The notes under the pieces: generated by a model
The model's input: only the letters and a program-made list of their open reading frames with translations
Databases searched by the model: none
Told to the model about the DNA's origin: nothing
Source of the DNA: an uncultured Gammaproteobacteria bacterium
GTDB taxonomy: Bacteria > Patescibacteriota > Microgenomatia > UBA10105 > UBA927
DNA length: 64,000 nucleotides
Assembly (NCBI GenBank): GCA_964449585.1
Contig: CAYUZE010000003.1
Coordinates: 4,021 to 68,020 of the forward strand
Direction of reading: 5' to 3'
Shown: positions 36,391-46,167 of the stretch, one piece after another
Numbering within the stretch: position 1 is the stretch's first letter
How the letters are laid out: each line of letters starts with the position of its first letter
Made by a program: the position numbers and the translations under genes

Positions 36391-37557
36391 ATGCCAGCAG
36401 TCGTCAGATCCGAATTCGCATTAGCATTGAATCAAGTTGCCACGGAGCGGGGAATTGATCCCAACGTGGTGATGGAAACCATTAAAGCGGCTATTCTTGC
36501 CGCCTATCGAAAAGACTATGGTATTGATGAGTTACTCACCCTGACGGTTGACTTAAACCCTGATACAGGCGAAGCGCGCGTGCTTCAGGACGGAAAAGAC
36601 GTCACCCCTCCCGGTTTTGGCCGTATCGCCGCACAAACCGCAAAACAGGTTATCCTGCAGCGTATTCGTGAAGCGGAAAAACAGGCGGTACTTTCTGATT
36701 TCCAGGAAAAAGTCGGCGGCATCGTGCCCGGAATGATTCTTCGTTTTGACGGTCCCAATATCATCGTCGATATCGGCAGAACCCAGTCGGTCATGCCCGT
36801 AAGCGAACAGAACCCCGCGGAACGATACCACTTGAATCAGCGGTTGACCTTCTACATCGAAGGCATTCGCGAAACCATGCGAGGGAACGAAATCATCGTT
36901 TCCCGTGCCCACAAAGGACTCGTTGAAGGATTATTCAAGCGGGAAGTGCCGGAAGTAGCCCAGGGAGCGGTTGAACTTCGCGTGGTCGCCCGTGAGGCGG
37001 GAAACAGGACAAAAGTTGCGGTATTTTCATCGGCTCCCGGCGTTGATCCCGTCGGTTCTTGTGTCGGACAAAAAGGCGTTCGTGTGCAGGCCGTGATCAA
37101 TGAATTGGGAGGCAACGAAAAGGTCGATATCATCCAATGGAGTGACGACATGAAGCAATTCATCATGGCGAGTTTGGCTCCCGCCAAAGATATGGAAGTC
37201 GTGTTAAACGAAAAGAAACAGGCGGCAGAAGTCTCCGTTCCCGATGACCAGCTATCCCTTGCCATCGGTCGTGACGGAGGCAATGTACGGCTTGCGGCTA
37301 AACTGACCGGTTGGAAGATTGACATTAAGGGCAAAGGTGGCGCTGCTCCCGCGGAAACCGCAACGGAACAACCCGCGGCGGTGGAAGCTCCCGCAACAGC
37401 GGTTACGGAAGCGGCTCCTGTTGAAGAAGCGCCCGCGGCAACGACCGAAACAACAACGGTTTCCGAAGAGGCAAAAGCACCCGAAGGAACCGAAGAAGCA
37501 AAAGAAGTACCCGTAGCATCAGACTCGACGAATACGACATCAGAAAACCAAGTATGA
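36391..37557 (+). CDS. nusA: Transcription termination/antitermination factor NusA
   Basis: FGRIAAQTAKQVILQRIREAE, AREAG.RTKVAV, GSCVG.KG.R and QLSLAIG..G.NVRLA. Ala/Glu/Thr-rich tail. Confidence 0.97.
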   Translation: MPAVVRSEFALALNQVATERGIDPNVVMETIKAAILAAYRKDYGIDELLTLTVDLNPDTGEARVLQDGKDVTPPGFGRIAAQTAKQVILQRIREAEKQAVLSDFQEKVGGIVPGMILRFDGPNIIVDIGRTQSVMPVSEQNPAERYHLNQRLTFYIEGIRETMRGNEIIVSRAHKGLVEGLFKREVPEVAQGAVELRVVAREAGNRTKVAVFSSAPGVDPVGSCVGQKGVRVQAVINELGGNEKVDIIQWSDDMKQFIMASLAPAKDMEVVLNEKKQAAEVSVPDDQLSLAIGRDGGNVRLAAKLTGWKIDIKGKGGAAPAETATEQPAAVEAPATAVTEAAPVEEAPAATTETTTVSEEAKAPEGTEEAKEVPVASDSTNTTSENQV

Positions 37558-37581
37558 GACGAGTGTCGTTTTTTGTAACGT

Positions 37582-39066
37582 ATGGGAAAAGACAAGCACA
37601 TGCCAGTTCTTTCTTCGCGCCCGCCCGTGGTGGCGGTATTGGGGCATGTTGACCACGGAAAAACCACGCTTCTTGACTACATTCGCAAAGCAAATGTCGC
37701 CGCCCGTGAACACGGGGGGATTACCCAGCATATCGGCGCATACCAGATAGACTATAAAACGAAGGCAAAAGAGGTGAGAAAGATCACCTTTATCGATACC
37801 CCGGGACACGAGGCGTTTAGTAAAATCCGCTCAAGAGGCGCATCCGCGGCTGATATTGCCATATTGGTTGTTGCCGCCAATGACAGTGTGAAGCCCCAGA
37901 CGATCGAATCCATCCGCCAAATTAAGGCGGCCGGAATTCCCCTTATCGTTGCCATCAATAAAGTCGATCTCCCCGGCATCATCATCGACAAAGTGAAATC
38001 GGATCTTGCCAAACACGAAGTACAGGTCGAAGGATTCGGCGGAGATGTCCCGTTTGTGCTGGTTTCGGCAAAAGCCGGAACGGGAGTAGAGGATTTACTG
38101 GAGCTTATCCTGCTTGTTGCCGACATGAAAGAGCTGACCAATGACGCACAGGGTGATGTGCAGGCGGTAGTTATCGAAGCAAAAGTCGATAAATTTCGAG
38201 GGCAAGTCGCGACCCTTCTTATCAAGTCAGGCACACTTGCTCCCGCAAATACCCTGTACGAGGGGCAAAAAGCGTTAGGCAAAGTACGGGCGCTCATCGA
38301 CGAAACGGGCGCCAAAGTCGATCAGGCGGGTCCCGGTAAGCCTGTGGAGGTGTTGGGCTTTTCCGTACTGCCTTCTATCGGTGCGGTCATCTCCACCGCG
38401 CCGCAACAGGCTGCCGCATCTGCCGCGCCCGTCGCAGCAAAAACCGCCAGTGTTGCGGATTTTTTGGCGGCAATGACTGCAGCGGATAAAAAACGGCTGA
38501 AATTGTTTATCAAAGCCGATACGTCAGGTTCACTTGAAGCGGTTATCGAGGCCTTACCCAAAGAAGAAGTGGATATCGTGCACGGTTCACTGGGTGACAT
38601 CACCGAGGCTGATATTCTGGAGGCGGGTGCCATGGGAGCGGTTGTAGTCGGGTTCAATGTGAAAGCTGCGGGAGGGGTGGAAAAACTTGCCACACATGAA
38701 AAAGTTATTTACCGTATCTACACCATTATCTATGAGTTATTGGACGAAATGGCCGATGTGGTAAGCGGGATGGAGGATTTGCTTGTCAAAGAGCGTGAAC
38801 TGGGACGCGGTGCCGTTATCGCCGAGTTCCCCTTCGAAAAAGATCGAATTGCCGGCACAAAAGTCGTCTCGGGACGGCTTGCCAAAGGGGATATGGTGAA
38901 GATCATGCGCGGCGAGGATGAAATCGGTCGTGCGCGAATACGCTCGATCCGGCAGGGAAAGAACGAAGTAACGAAGGTGGAAGTGGGGGGGGAGTGCGGG
39001 GTGCTTCTGGACAAAAAAGTTGATTTTACGCTCCAAGATGGTATAATAGCCTTCACTACAGGATAG
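37582..39066 (+). CDS. infB: Translation initiation factor IF-2 (minimal, no long N-terminus)
   Basis: RPPVV.VLGHVDHGKTTLLD, GGITQHIGAY, DTPGHEAF, NKVD and KAD..GSLEA. Confidence 0.96.
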   Translation: MGKDKHMPVLSSRPPVVAVLGHVDHGKTTLLDYIRKANVAAREHGGITQHIGAYQIDYKTKAKEVRKITFIDTPGHEAFSKIRSRGASAADIAILVVAANDSVKPQTIESIRQIKAAGIPLIVAINKVDLPGIIIDKVKSDLAKHEVQVEGFGGDVPFVLVSAKAGTGVEDLLELILLVADMKELTNDAQGDVQAVVIEAKVDKFRGQVATLLIKSGTLAPANTLYEGQKALGKVRALIDETGAKVDQAGPGKPVEVLGFSVLPSIGAVISTAPQQAAASAAPVAAKTASVADFLAAMTAADKKRLKLFIKADTSGSLEAVIEALPKEEVDIVHGSLGDITEADILEAGAMGAVVVGFNVKAAGGVEKLATHEKVIYRIYTIIYELLDEMADVVSGMEDLLVKERELGRGAVIAEFPFEKDRIAGTKVVSGRLAKGDMVKIMRGEDEIGRARIRSIRQGKNEVTKVEVGGECGVLLDKKVDFTLQDGIIAFTTG

Positions 39067-39145
39067 TCGTGCATTCGTCTTACGGGACATCGTTTTTGAA
39101 AATTTCATGCGATGTAACGGGTGACGAAAAACGACATAACCAAAT

Positions 39146-40126
39146 ATGACCTACGAAGAAGCCCTTACCAAAGCAAAAGAAATGGTCGGATCCGCGAGTG
39201 AAATCGTGATCGTTACCCACGGCAATCCCACCATGGATAGTATGGGAGCTTCCCTTGCCCTTATGTTGGGTGTCGTTTCCCTGGGCAAAAAAGCAACGGT
39301 TGTATGTCCGGATGCCATGACGGTCGGGTTATCAAGTTTTGTCGGTGTGGATCGGGTCGTGCGTGACTTCGGAAAGAAAAATTTCGTCATTTCGCTTGAT
39401 TACGAAGACGGATCCATCGAAAAAGTAAGCTACAACATAGAAGGCAAAAAGTTTAACCTCGTCGTAGAGCATCGTCCCGGATTTGAATTATTCAGCGCCG
39501 ACAAAGTGCAATATTCCTATCAAGGCGTGTCTGCCGATCTCATCATTAGCGTGGACACCCTTTCCCTTAGCGATCTCGGAGCGGTATATGAACAGCATAA
39601 GGATGTGTTCGGCAAAACGCCGATTATTAACGTAGATTTCCACAAAGATAACGTTAATTACGGTGCGTTAAATCTTGTCGATCCCGGTGCCTCCTCGACG
39701 TCCGAATTGGTTGCCGAGCTCATGGCGACGTTGGGCGTGAAGCTCAGCACGGATATAGCGACAAACCTGCTAAATGCTATCTATGACGCGACCAATAACT
39801 TCCAAAATGCCAACGTCACCAGCATGGCGTTTGAAGTGGCAAGCGTGTGTCTTAAAGCGGGAGCAAAGCGCTTCGGCGTTGCGACCCCGGTTGCCCGCAC
39901 CACACCGGAACCGAAAGTGTACGTAGGCAACAAGCCGGTGGAAGATACGCATAAAGCTCCCGTTTTGGAGGTGACGCCAGTGCAGGAACAAAAGCACACA
40001 CCGCCTCCCGTTATTCATACGGAAACCCCTGCGGCGGATCCGCATCAGAATGAAGGGAAAAAATCCGCAAACCCTCCCTCAGACTGGCTGAAACCGAAAA
40101 TATTTAAGAGTTCTTCACTTGTATAA
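39146..40126 (+). CDS. DHH-family phosphoesterase-like protein (degenerate motifs)
   Basis: THGNPTMD, SVDT, NVDFH, SSTSELV and ATNLL..IYDAT. Sits at the usual nrnA position after infB. Confidence 0.75.
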   Translation: MTYEEALTKAKEMVGSASEIVIVTHGNPTMDSMGASLALMLGVVSLGKKATVVCPDAMTVGLSSFVGVDRVVRDFGKKNFVISLDYEDGSIEKVSYNIEGKKFNLVVEHRPGFELFSADKVQYSYQGVSADLIISVDTLSLSDLGAVYEQHKDVFGKTPIINVDFHKDNVNYGALNLVDPGASSTSELVAELMATLGVKLSTDIATNLLNAIYDATNNFQNANVTSMAFEVASVCLKAGAKRFGVATPVARTTPEPKVYVGNKPVEDTHKAPVLEVTPVQEQKHTPPPVIHTETPAADPHQNEGKKSANPPSDWLKPKIFKSSSLV

Positions 40127-40223
40127 GCCGTTGACGGTAATCTCCCACTGGTAAATTTCCTTACAATATCGTATAATGAGTGCCTTAGGAGCACAAAGGA
40201 TCGCGCTCCTTTTTACAAAGCAT

Positions 40224-40640
40224 ATGGCAACCAAAACTACCAAGAAGGCAACGAAAACGACAAAAACAACCAAAGTGGCAAAGGAAACAAAAGCACCGAA
40301 AAAAGCCGCTCCCGCAAAAGCGGTCAAAGCAGTTAAACCGACCAAAGCTGCCGCCAAAGCAGCCGCGGAAGAAGCCGCAATTCCGTCTCCCGAAAAGCAG
40401 GAAATTATCGTCCAATTTGCATTAAAGTCCGGAGATACCGGGAGTCCCGAAGTGCAGGTTGCACTGCTTACCCGACGCATCGAAAAACTTGTTGAACATC
40501 TTCGCGGCAATCCGCATGATAATCATTCACGACGCGGTTTGTTGGGTATCGTGAGCAAACGGCGACGGTTGTTAAACTATCTTGAGAAAAAAGACAAAAA
40601 GCGATTTGTCCAAATTAAGGAAAAATTAGGCTTAACATAA
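40224..40640 (+). CDS. rpsO: 30S ribosomal protein S15 with Lys/Ala-rich N-terminal extension
   Basis: [21 protein letters not shown] and KRRRLLNYL. Start refined to MATKTT. Confidence 0.95.
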   Translation: MATKTTKKATKTTKTTKVAKETKAPKKAAPAKAVKAVKPTKAAAKAAAEEAAIPSPEKQEIIVQFALKSGDTGSPEVQVALLTRRIEKLVEHLRGNPHDNHSRRGLLGIVSKRRRLLNYLEKKDKKRFVQIKEKLGLT

Positions 40641-40653
40641 TATAAATTTACGG

Positions 40654-40785
40654 CGCACAGCGTCCCTGGAGCGATAAGAGGCCAGTGGTCGAGGATAGAG
40701 CATAGAAGTAGAAAACTTATCACATTCTTCCGTTTTCTATCTTCAACCCCTCCGCTTCTTATACCCCACAAGGATGCATCGTGCG
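40654..40785 (+). promoter_or_regulatory. Long imperfect stem-loop in the pnp leader (candidate RNase III site)
   Basis: Nested pairings CGCAC/GTGCG, GCGTCC/GGATGC, ATAAGAGG/CTTCTTAT and TAGAAAAC/GTTTTCTA. Confidence 0.65.
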
Positions 40786-40792
40786 GAAATCT

Positions 40793-42985
40793 ATGAACAT
40801 TATCTCCAAATCTGCGGAGATCGCAGGAAAAACCCTGACCCTTGAAGTCGGACGATTTGCCGAACAGGCATCGGCGGCGGTGCTTGCCAAATACGGTGAG
40901 ACCATGGTGCTTGCAACCGTTACCGCATCGAGTAAAGAAACAACGCTTGATTATTTTCCGCTTTCCGTGGAATATGTCGAACGGCTGTATGCCGGCGGTC
41001 GTATTAAAGGTTCCCGTTGGGTAAAACGGGAAGGCAGACCGACGGATGACGCGGTATTGGCGGGTCGGGTAATCGATCGTTCCATTCGTCCGCTTTTTCC
41101 GAAGTCCTTTAAGCGCGACGTACAGGTGATTATCACCGTTCTTTCCGTTGACGGGCAAAATGACCCCGACGTATTGGGATTAGTTGCCACCAGCGCCGCC
41201 ATTGCCATCTCCCCGGTTCCCTGGAAGGGACCGATCGGAGGCGTCCGTGTCGGTTATGTCAAAGAGACGGGAACGGAAAAAGGCGCATACCTTATCAACC
41301 CCACGACATTAGAGCAGGAAACGAGTGAATTTGATTTCATCGTGTCCGGTACGAGCGAAAAAGTGGTGATGCTTGAGGGAGGTTTCTGTGAAACGCCCGA
41401 GCCTATCGTGTTCGGCGCCATCGAAGAAGCCAAAAAGGCCAACGGCGAAGTCATTGCCCTTATCAATGAGCTCGTCAGTGCCGTAGGGAAAGAAAAAATT
41501 GTTCTTCCCGAGGTGAGTGAAGCGGACGAACTGAAAAAGAAAATCGCCAAGGATTATGCCAAGGAAATGGAAACGGCATTTGCCAAAAAAGCCGAAAAAG
41601 AATTCGGCGGCACGGAAATTGCGGAACTCGCAAAGACCATCGCCGAAGCATACGGTACCGATTATTCCATGAAGGATATCGAAGGCGCCCTTGATGCACT
41701 GTTCAAAAAACAGGTTCGTGACAACGTGCTCCTTCACGGCAAGCGGTTTGACGGACGAAAAATTGATGAAGTGCGATCGATCGATATCGACGTCAGTATC
41801 CTTTCCCGCACGCACGGAAGTGCGATGTTCAAGCGGGGACAGACGCAGGTACTTACGGTTGCGACCTTGGGTACCCCGAGTCTTGAGCAGCTTATCGAGA
41901 GTCCGATGGGCGAGGAATCAAAGCGCTATATTCATCACTACAGTATGCCGCCGTATTCCGTCGGAGAGACGGGGAGAGTCGGAACGCCGAATCGTCGGGA
42001 AATCGGCCATGGTGCGCTTGCCGAACGGGCACTGCTTTCCGTGATTCCTTCCGAAGAGGAATTTCCGTATACGATCCGCCTGGTTTCCGAAGTAATGAGT
42101 AGTAACGGTTCTACTTCCATGGCGAGTACCTGCGGATCGACGCTTGCACTTATGGATGCGGGTGTACCTATCAAAGAACCGGTTGCCGGTATCTCCGTCG
42201 GTCTTATGACCGATAAAGAGAAGTTCGTGTTGTTAACCGATATATTGGGGATTGAGGATTTCTCGGGAGACATGGACTTTAAAGTGGCGGGGACCAAAAA
42301 CGGTATCACCGCAATCCAGCTCGATATCAAAATCGAAGGATTGACCGCCGATATTGTGGAACAGACGCTTGAACGGGCAAGAGTGGCGAGAATGATGATC
42401 CTTGAAAAGATCGCGTCCGTCATCCAATCACCGAGACAAGCGGTTTCGCAGTATGCGCCCAAGATTAAGGTCATAAAAATTCCGACCGAACGGATCGGTG
42501 AGGTAATCGGACCGGGCGGCAAAGTCATCCGCAATATTATCGCGACCACGGGTGCTACCGTGGATGTCAACGATGACGGATCGGTATTCATCTCTGGCAC
42601 CGATGCCGATAGCGTACAAAAAGCGGTGTCTTGGGTCGAGGGATTGACGCATGATGTCGAAGTCGGTGAGGAATTCGAGGGAGAGGTAAAACGAATTCTT
42701 CCGTTCGGCGCATTTGTCGAAATTTTGCCCGGCAAAGAAGGCATGGTGCATGTTTCGCAAATGAGTACCGATTTTGTCGATGACCCCTCAAAGGTTGTTG
42801 CAATAGGTCAAGTCGTCAAAGTGCGCGTTATGGAAATAGATGAACAGCGACGGATCAATCTCTCCATGCTTTTTGGGGAAGATGCCGAGAAAAAATCCGC
42901 CGAGCGCCGTGAATCACGCGGCGGCGGTGACCGCCATGGCGGCGGCAGACGGGGCGGCTTCGATCGCGGTCGAAGAAGGTATTAA
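40793..42985 (+). CDS. pnp: Polyribonucleotide nucleotidyltransferase
   Basis: FPLSVEY, KREGRP, RREIGHG.LAERA, SNGSTSMAS and GDMDFKVAGT. KH and S1 domains. Confidence 0.97.
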   Translation: MNIISKSAEIAGKTLTLEVGRFAEQASAAVLAKYGETMVLATVTASSKETTLDYFPLSVEYVERLYAGGRIKGSRWVKREGRPTDDAVLAGRVIDRSIRPLFPKSFKRDVQVIITVLSVDGQNDPDVLGLVATSAAIAISPVPWKGPIGGVRVGYVKETGTEKGAYLINPTTLEQETSEFDFIVSGTSEKVVMLEGGFCETPEPIVFGAIEEAKKANGEVIALINELVSAVGKEKIVLPEVSEADELKKKIAKDYAKEMETAFAKKAEKEFGGTEIAELAKTIAEAYGTDYSMKDIEGALDALFKKQVRDNVLLHGKRFDGRKIDEVRSIDIDVSILSRTHGSAMFKRGQTQVLTVATLGTPSLEQLIESPMGEESKRYIHHYSMPPYSVGETGRVGTPNRREIGHGALAERALLSVIPSEEEFPYTIRLVSEVMSSNGSTSMASTCGSTLALMDAGVPIKEPVAGISVGLMTDKEKFVLLTDILGIEDFSGDMDFKVAGTKNGITAIQLDIKIEGLTADIVEQTLERARVARMMILEKIASVIQSPRQAVSQYAPKIKVIKIPTERIGEVIGPGGKVIRNIIATTGATVDVNDDGSVFISGTDADSVQKAVSWVEGLTHDVEVGEEFEGEVKRILPFGAFVEILPGKEGMVHVSQMSTDFVDDPSKVVAIGQVVKVRVMEIDEQRRINLSMLFGEDAEKKSAERRESRGGGDRHGGGRRGGFDRGRRRY

Positions 42986-43107
42986 ACCGTCATCCCGGCA
43001 CCATTTGCAGACGCTACTCATGAGCCGTGAGACGCATGCCTCTTACGGGAGCTTTTCGGTAAATTTCACCGCAGGAATTACGTGGGTGAATTTGTTATGA
43101 TAGTGGT

Positions 43108-44214
43108 ATGTCCAGACTGCTCGACGAGGTAAGTTCATTACGAAAAAAACTGAAAGACGCTGCGGTTCCCCCCGAAATGGAAACCCGGATTGTTGCAAAC
43201 CTCGAGGAAGTTGAACGATTGGAACACGATATTTCCGCGCGCGTGCATATCGAACAGATGCTCCGGTATATCGACTGGGTCATTAATCTCCCTTGGAATG
43301 CAAGAAGTCAGGATGAAATTGATTTGGCAAACGCGAGAACGATTCTTGAAACGCATCATTACGGGTTACAGCCCGTAAAAGAGCGGATTCTCGAGTATCT
43401 TGCCGTGATGAAGCTCAATCAGGATCGATGGAAGAAGGAAGCAAATGCCGCATCAGGAGATTCCCGGGAAGCGGAAGCAAAAAGCACGCATGCGATGCTT
43501 GCACGACGCGCGCCCATTCTTTGTCTTGTTGGACTTGTCGGTACCGGAAAAACGACACTTGCAAAATCCATCGCTCAGGCGATGGGCAGACGATTTGTCC
43601 GTATTGCTTTCGGCGGTATGTCGGATGCCCTTGAACTGCGCGGGCAGTCACGCGTACGACCCGATGCGGAAATAGGGCTCATCCTCAAAGGGTTGCGGTT
43701 TGCGGGAACGAAAAATCCCGTTATCCTCCTCGACGAAATTGATCGTGTATCGGAGCACGCCCGGGGAGACATCATGGGCGTCTTGGTCGAGTTGCTGGAT
43801 CCGGAACAAAATTCGGCATTCGTCGATCATTATATGGATTATCCATTTGATCTTTCGGAAGTGTTGTTTATCGCAACCAGCAACAACACGACCAACATCG
43901 CAACGGCAGTGCTTGATCGTCTTGAGCCGATACAAATGCCCTCCTATACCGATGCCGAAAAAATAGAAATCGCCAAAAAATATGTCATGCCCGCGCTTAT
44001 GAGAGAATCGGGGCTGACGGGTGAAAATTTGACGATTGATGAGGCGATGTGGGCAAAACTGGTTCGACCGCTTGGGTACGATGCGGGTATCCGTTCCATC
44101 GAACGGACATTAAACAGTGTGTGTCGAAAAGTTGCCCTTTCCATCGTCGAAGGAAAGCAGACGTCGTTTCATATAGACGAAAATAATATTAAAAGTTTTA
44201 TAGAAGTGTATTAG
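43108..44214 (+). CDS. Lon-family AAA+ ATPase lacking the protease domain
   Basis: YIDW..LPW, HYGL..VKERILEYLAV, GLVGTGKT, NPVILLDEID, ELLDPEQN.AF.DHY and FDLS.VLFIAT. The ORF ends after the AAA lid. Confidence 0.9.
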   Translation: MSRLLDEVSSLRKKLKDAAVPPEMETRIVANLEEVERLEHDISARVHIEQMLRYIDWVINLPWNARSQDEIDLANARTILETHHYGLQPVKERILEYLAVMKLNQDRWKKEANAASGDSREAEAKSTHAMLARRAPILCLVGLVGTGKTTLAKSIAQAMGRRFVRIAFGGMSDALELRGQSRVRPDAEIGLILKGLRFAGTKNPVILLDEIDRVSEHARGDIMGVLVELLDPEQNSAFVDHYMDYPFDLSEVLFIATSNNTTNIATAVLDRLEPIQMPSYTDAEKIEIAKKYVMPALMRESGLTGENLTIDEAMWAKLVRPLGYDAGIRSIERTLNSVCRKVALSIVEGKQTSFHIDENNIKSFIEVY

Positions 44215-44284
44215 TTCCCAAGATGGTTACTGCCCCGAATCTTAGGACATACGAATCCTCAAAAAAGGAGAAAGAAGGTTAATT

Positions 44285-46051
44285 ATGAGAAAAATGTATT
44301 TACAACATTCCCGACGAGATGAGCGTCCGTTGCCGCAGCGGCAGGTATATGAAGGAAAATCTTTCGGTACCCCGACCGGCAAAGATACCGTGCGCATCGT
44401 CCCCCTCGGGGGATCGGGAAACGTCACCAAGAATATGTATCTGTACGAGTACCGGTATGACGGAAAAATCAAAGATATTTTGATTGTCGATTGCGGTATC
44501 GGATTTCCCGATGAAAGTATGTTCGGCGTTGATCTTGTCATCCCTGACGTGCGGTACCTTATGGACAAACGCGACAAAATAAGAGCAATTGTTTTCACTC
44601 ATGGGCATGACGACCATATCGGCGGACTTCCGTATATTTACCCGAAACTCGGCAAAGTGCCCATGTATGCGCCGACGTTAGCCGCGGCATTTGCAAATTT
44701 GAAGCTTAAGGAAACCGAAGTGCGGGAGCGGGTACGACCCATGACATTTGATAAAACGGTCAGTGCGGGAGCATTTAGCGTATCGTTTATCCGAATTACC
44801 CACTCGGTTCCCGATACGTCTCATCTTGTCATAGAAACGCCGATCGGCATTTTTTATCACGGGAGTGATTTTAAATTTGATCCCACTCCGCTTGATCAGA
44901 AACCGTCCGAACTCCATAAAATAAACGCCGTGGGGAAGCGGGGAGTCCTTTGTATGCTCTCCGACAGTTTAGGCAGTGAACGCCCCGGGTTTACTCCGTC
45001 CGAACAAATTATCGGGGAAACGATTGAAAAAGAGCTACGGTTATCGAACGGAAAAGTACTCTTTACCACGCAATCGAGCAACATTTCCCGTATTCAGCTT
45101 GCTATTGAATTGGCGCAAAAATACGGAAGAAAGATCGCATTCCTGGGAAGAAGTATCGACCAGAACGTCGAGGAATCGGTGAAACTCGGGTATATGAAAT
45201 TTCCCCGCGATGTCATTATCAATGACCGGGATTTAAAACGGATGCCCGCCAATAAACAATTTTTGGTGGTTGCGGGAGCCCAGGGACAGCCGACCAGCAA
45301 TCTTTTCCGGATTGCGAGCGATGCACATAAAACGGTTCGGTTAACCGATACCGATACGGTCATTATTTCCGCAGATCCCATTCCGGGAAGAGAAAATGAC
45401 GTCAATAAACTGATTGACCAAATCTATCGGCACGGCGCACGCGTTTCGTATAGCGATATCATGGAAGACCTCCATGTGTCGGGACACGGCAGCAGCGGCG
45501 ACATGATGTTGTTACTCTCAGCGGTTGGTCCCCGGTATGTGTGGCCGATCGGCGGGACGTACAAGCACCTTATGCAATATCGGCGGCTTGCCGCCGATTT
45601 GGGGTACGATAAGCGGTCGGTGCTTATTCCCGAAGACGGGGAAGTCATGGAATTTTCGCGCCATGCGGCGCCGCGGGTTGTCGATCGATTAGAGCTTGAG
45701 CAAATCATGATTGACGGCTTAGGTATCGGTGATGTCGGCAATGTCGTCTTGAAGGATAGGCAAAAAATTGCCCACGAGGGAATTGTGGTTGCCGCCATTC
45801 CCGTCGATAGTCGGAGCGGGCATCTCGTCAGTGCCCCGCAGATTATCACGAGAGGGTTTGTCTACGTGAAGGAATCCCGCCATTTGCTTGCGCACGCAGG
45901 CAGTGTCGTTGACCGGGCATTAACCCTTCGGAAAGGGAAAATCGCCGATTGGCAACTTGTCAAAAAGCGTATTGAAGAGTCGCTCGGGGAATACCTCCTC
46001 AAGGAAACGGGGAGGAGTCCGCTTATCGTTCCCGTGATTCTGGAGGTGTAA
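44285..46051 (+). CDS. rnj: Ribonuclease J
   Basis: PLGG, THGHDDHIG, THSVPD, DFKFD, HVSGH and ITRGFVY. Confidence 0.95.
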   Translation: MRKMYLQHSRRDERPLPQRQVYEGKSFGTPTGKDTVRIVPLGGSGNVTKNMYLYEYRYDGKIKDILIVDCGIGFPDESMFGVDLVIPDVRYLMDKRDKIRAIVFTHGHDDHIGGLPYIYPKLGKVPMYAPTLAAAFANLKLKETEVRERVRPMTFDKTVSAGAFSVSFIRITHSVPDTSHLVIETPIGIFYHGSDFKFDPTPLDQKPSELHKINAVGKRGVLCMLSDSLGSERPGFTPSEQIIGETIEKELRLSNGKVLFTTQSSNISRIQLAIELAQKYGRKIAFLGRSIDQNVEESVKLGYMKFPRDVIINDRDLKRMPANKQFLVVAGAQGQPTSNLFRIASDAHKTVRLTDTDTVIISADPIPGRENDVNKLIDQIYRHGARVSYSDIMEDLHVSGHGSSGDMMLLLSAVGPRYVWPIGGTYKHLMQYRRLAADLGYDKRSVLIPEDGEVMEFSRHAAPRVVDRLELEQIMIDGLGIGDVGNVVLKDRQKIAHEGIVVAAIPVDSRSGHLVSAPQIITRGFVYVKESRHLLAHAGSVVDRALTLRKGKIADWQLVKKRIEESLGEYLLKETGRSPLIVPVILEV

Positions 46052-46064
46052 TCCGACAAAAAAG

Positions 46065-46093
46065 TTGACATCCCCTCTATATTACTATAGGAT
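46065..46093 (+). promoter_or_regulatory. Promoter upstream of ftsK
   Basis: TTGACA, 17 nt, TAGGAT. Confidence 0.7.
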
Positions 46094-46167
46094 AGTGCAA
46101 GGTGGGGGAGCAGGGGATTCCATTGCAATAGCGTGCCGCTGTTCCTATACTGGAGTGTATCGCAACT

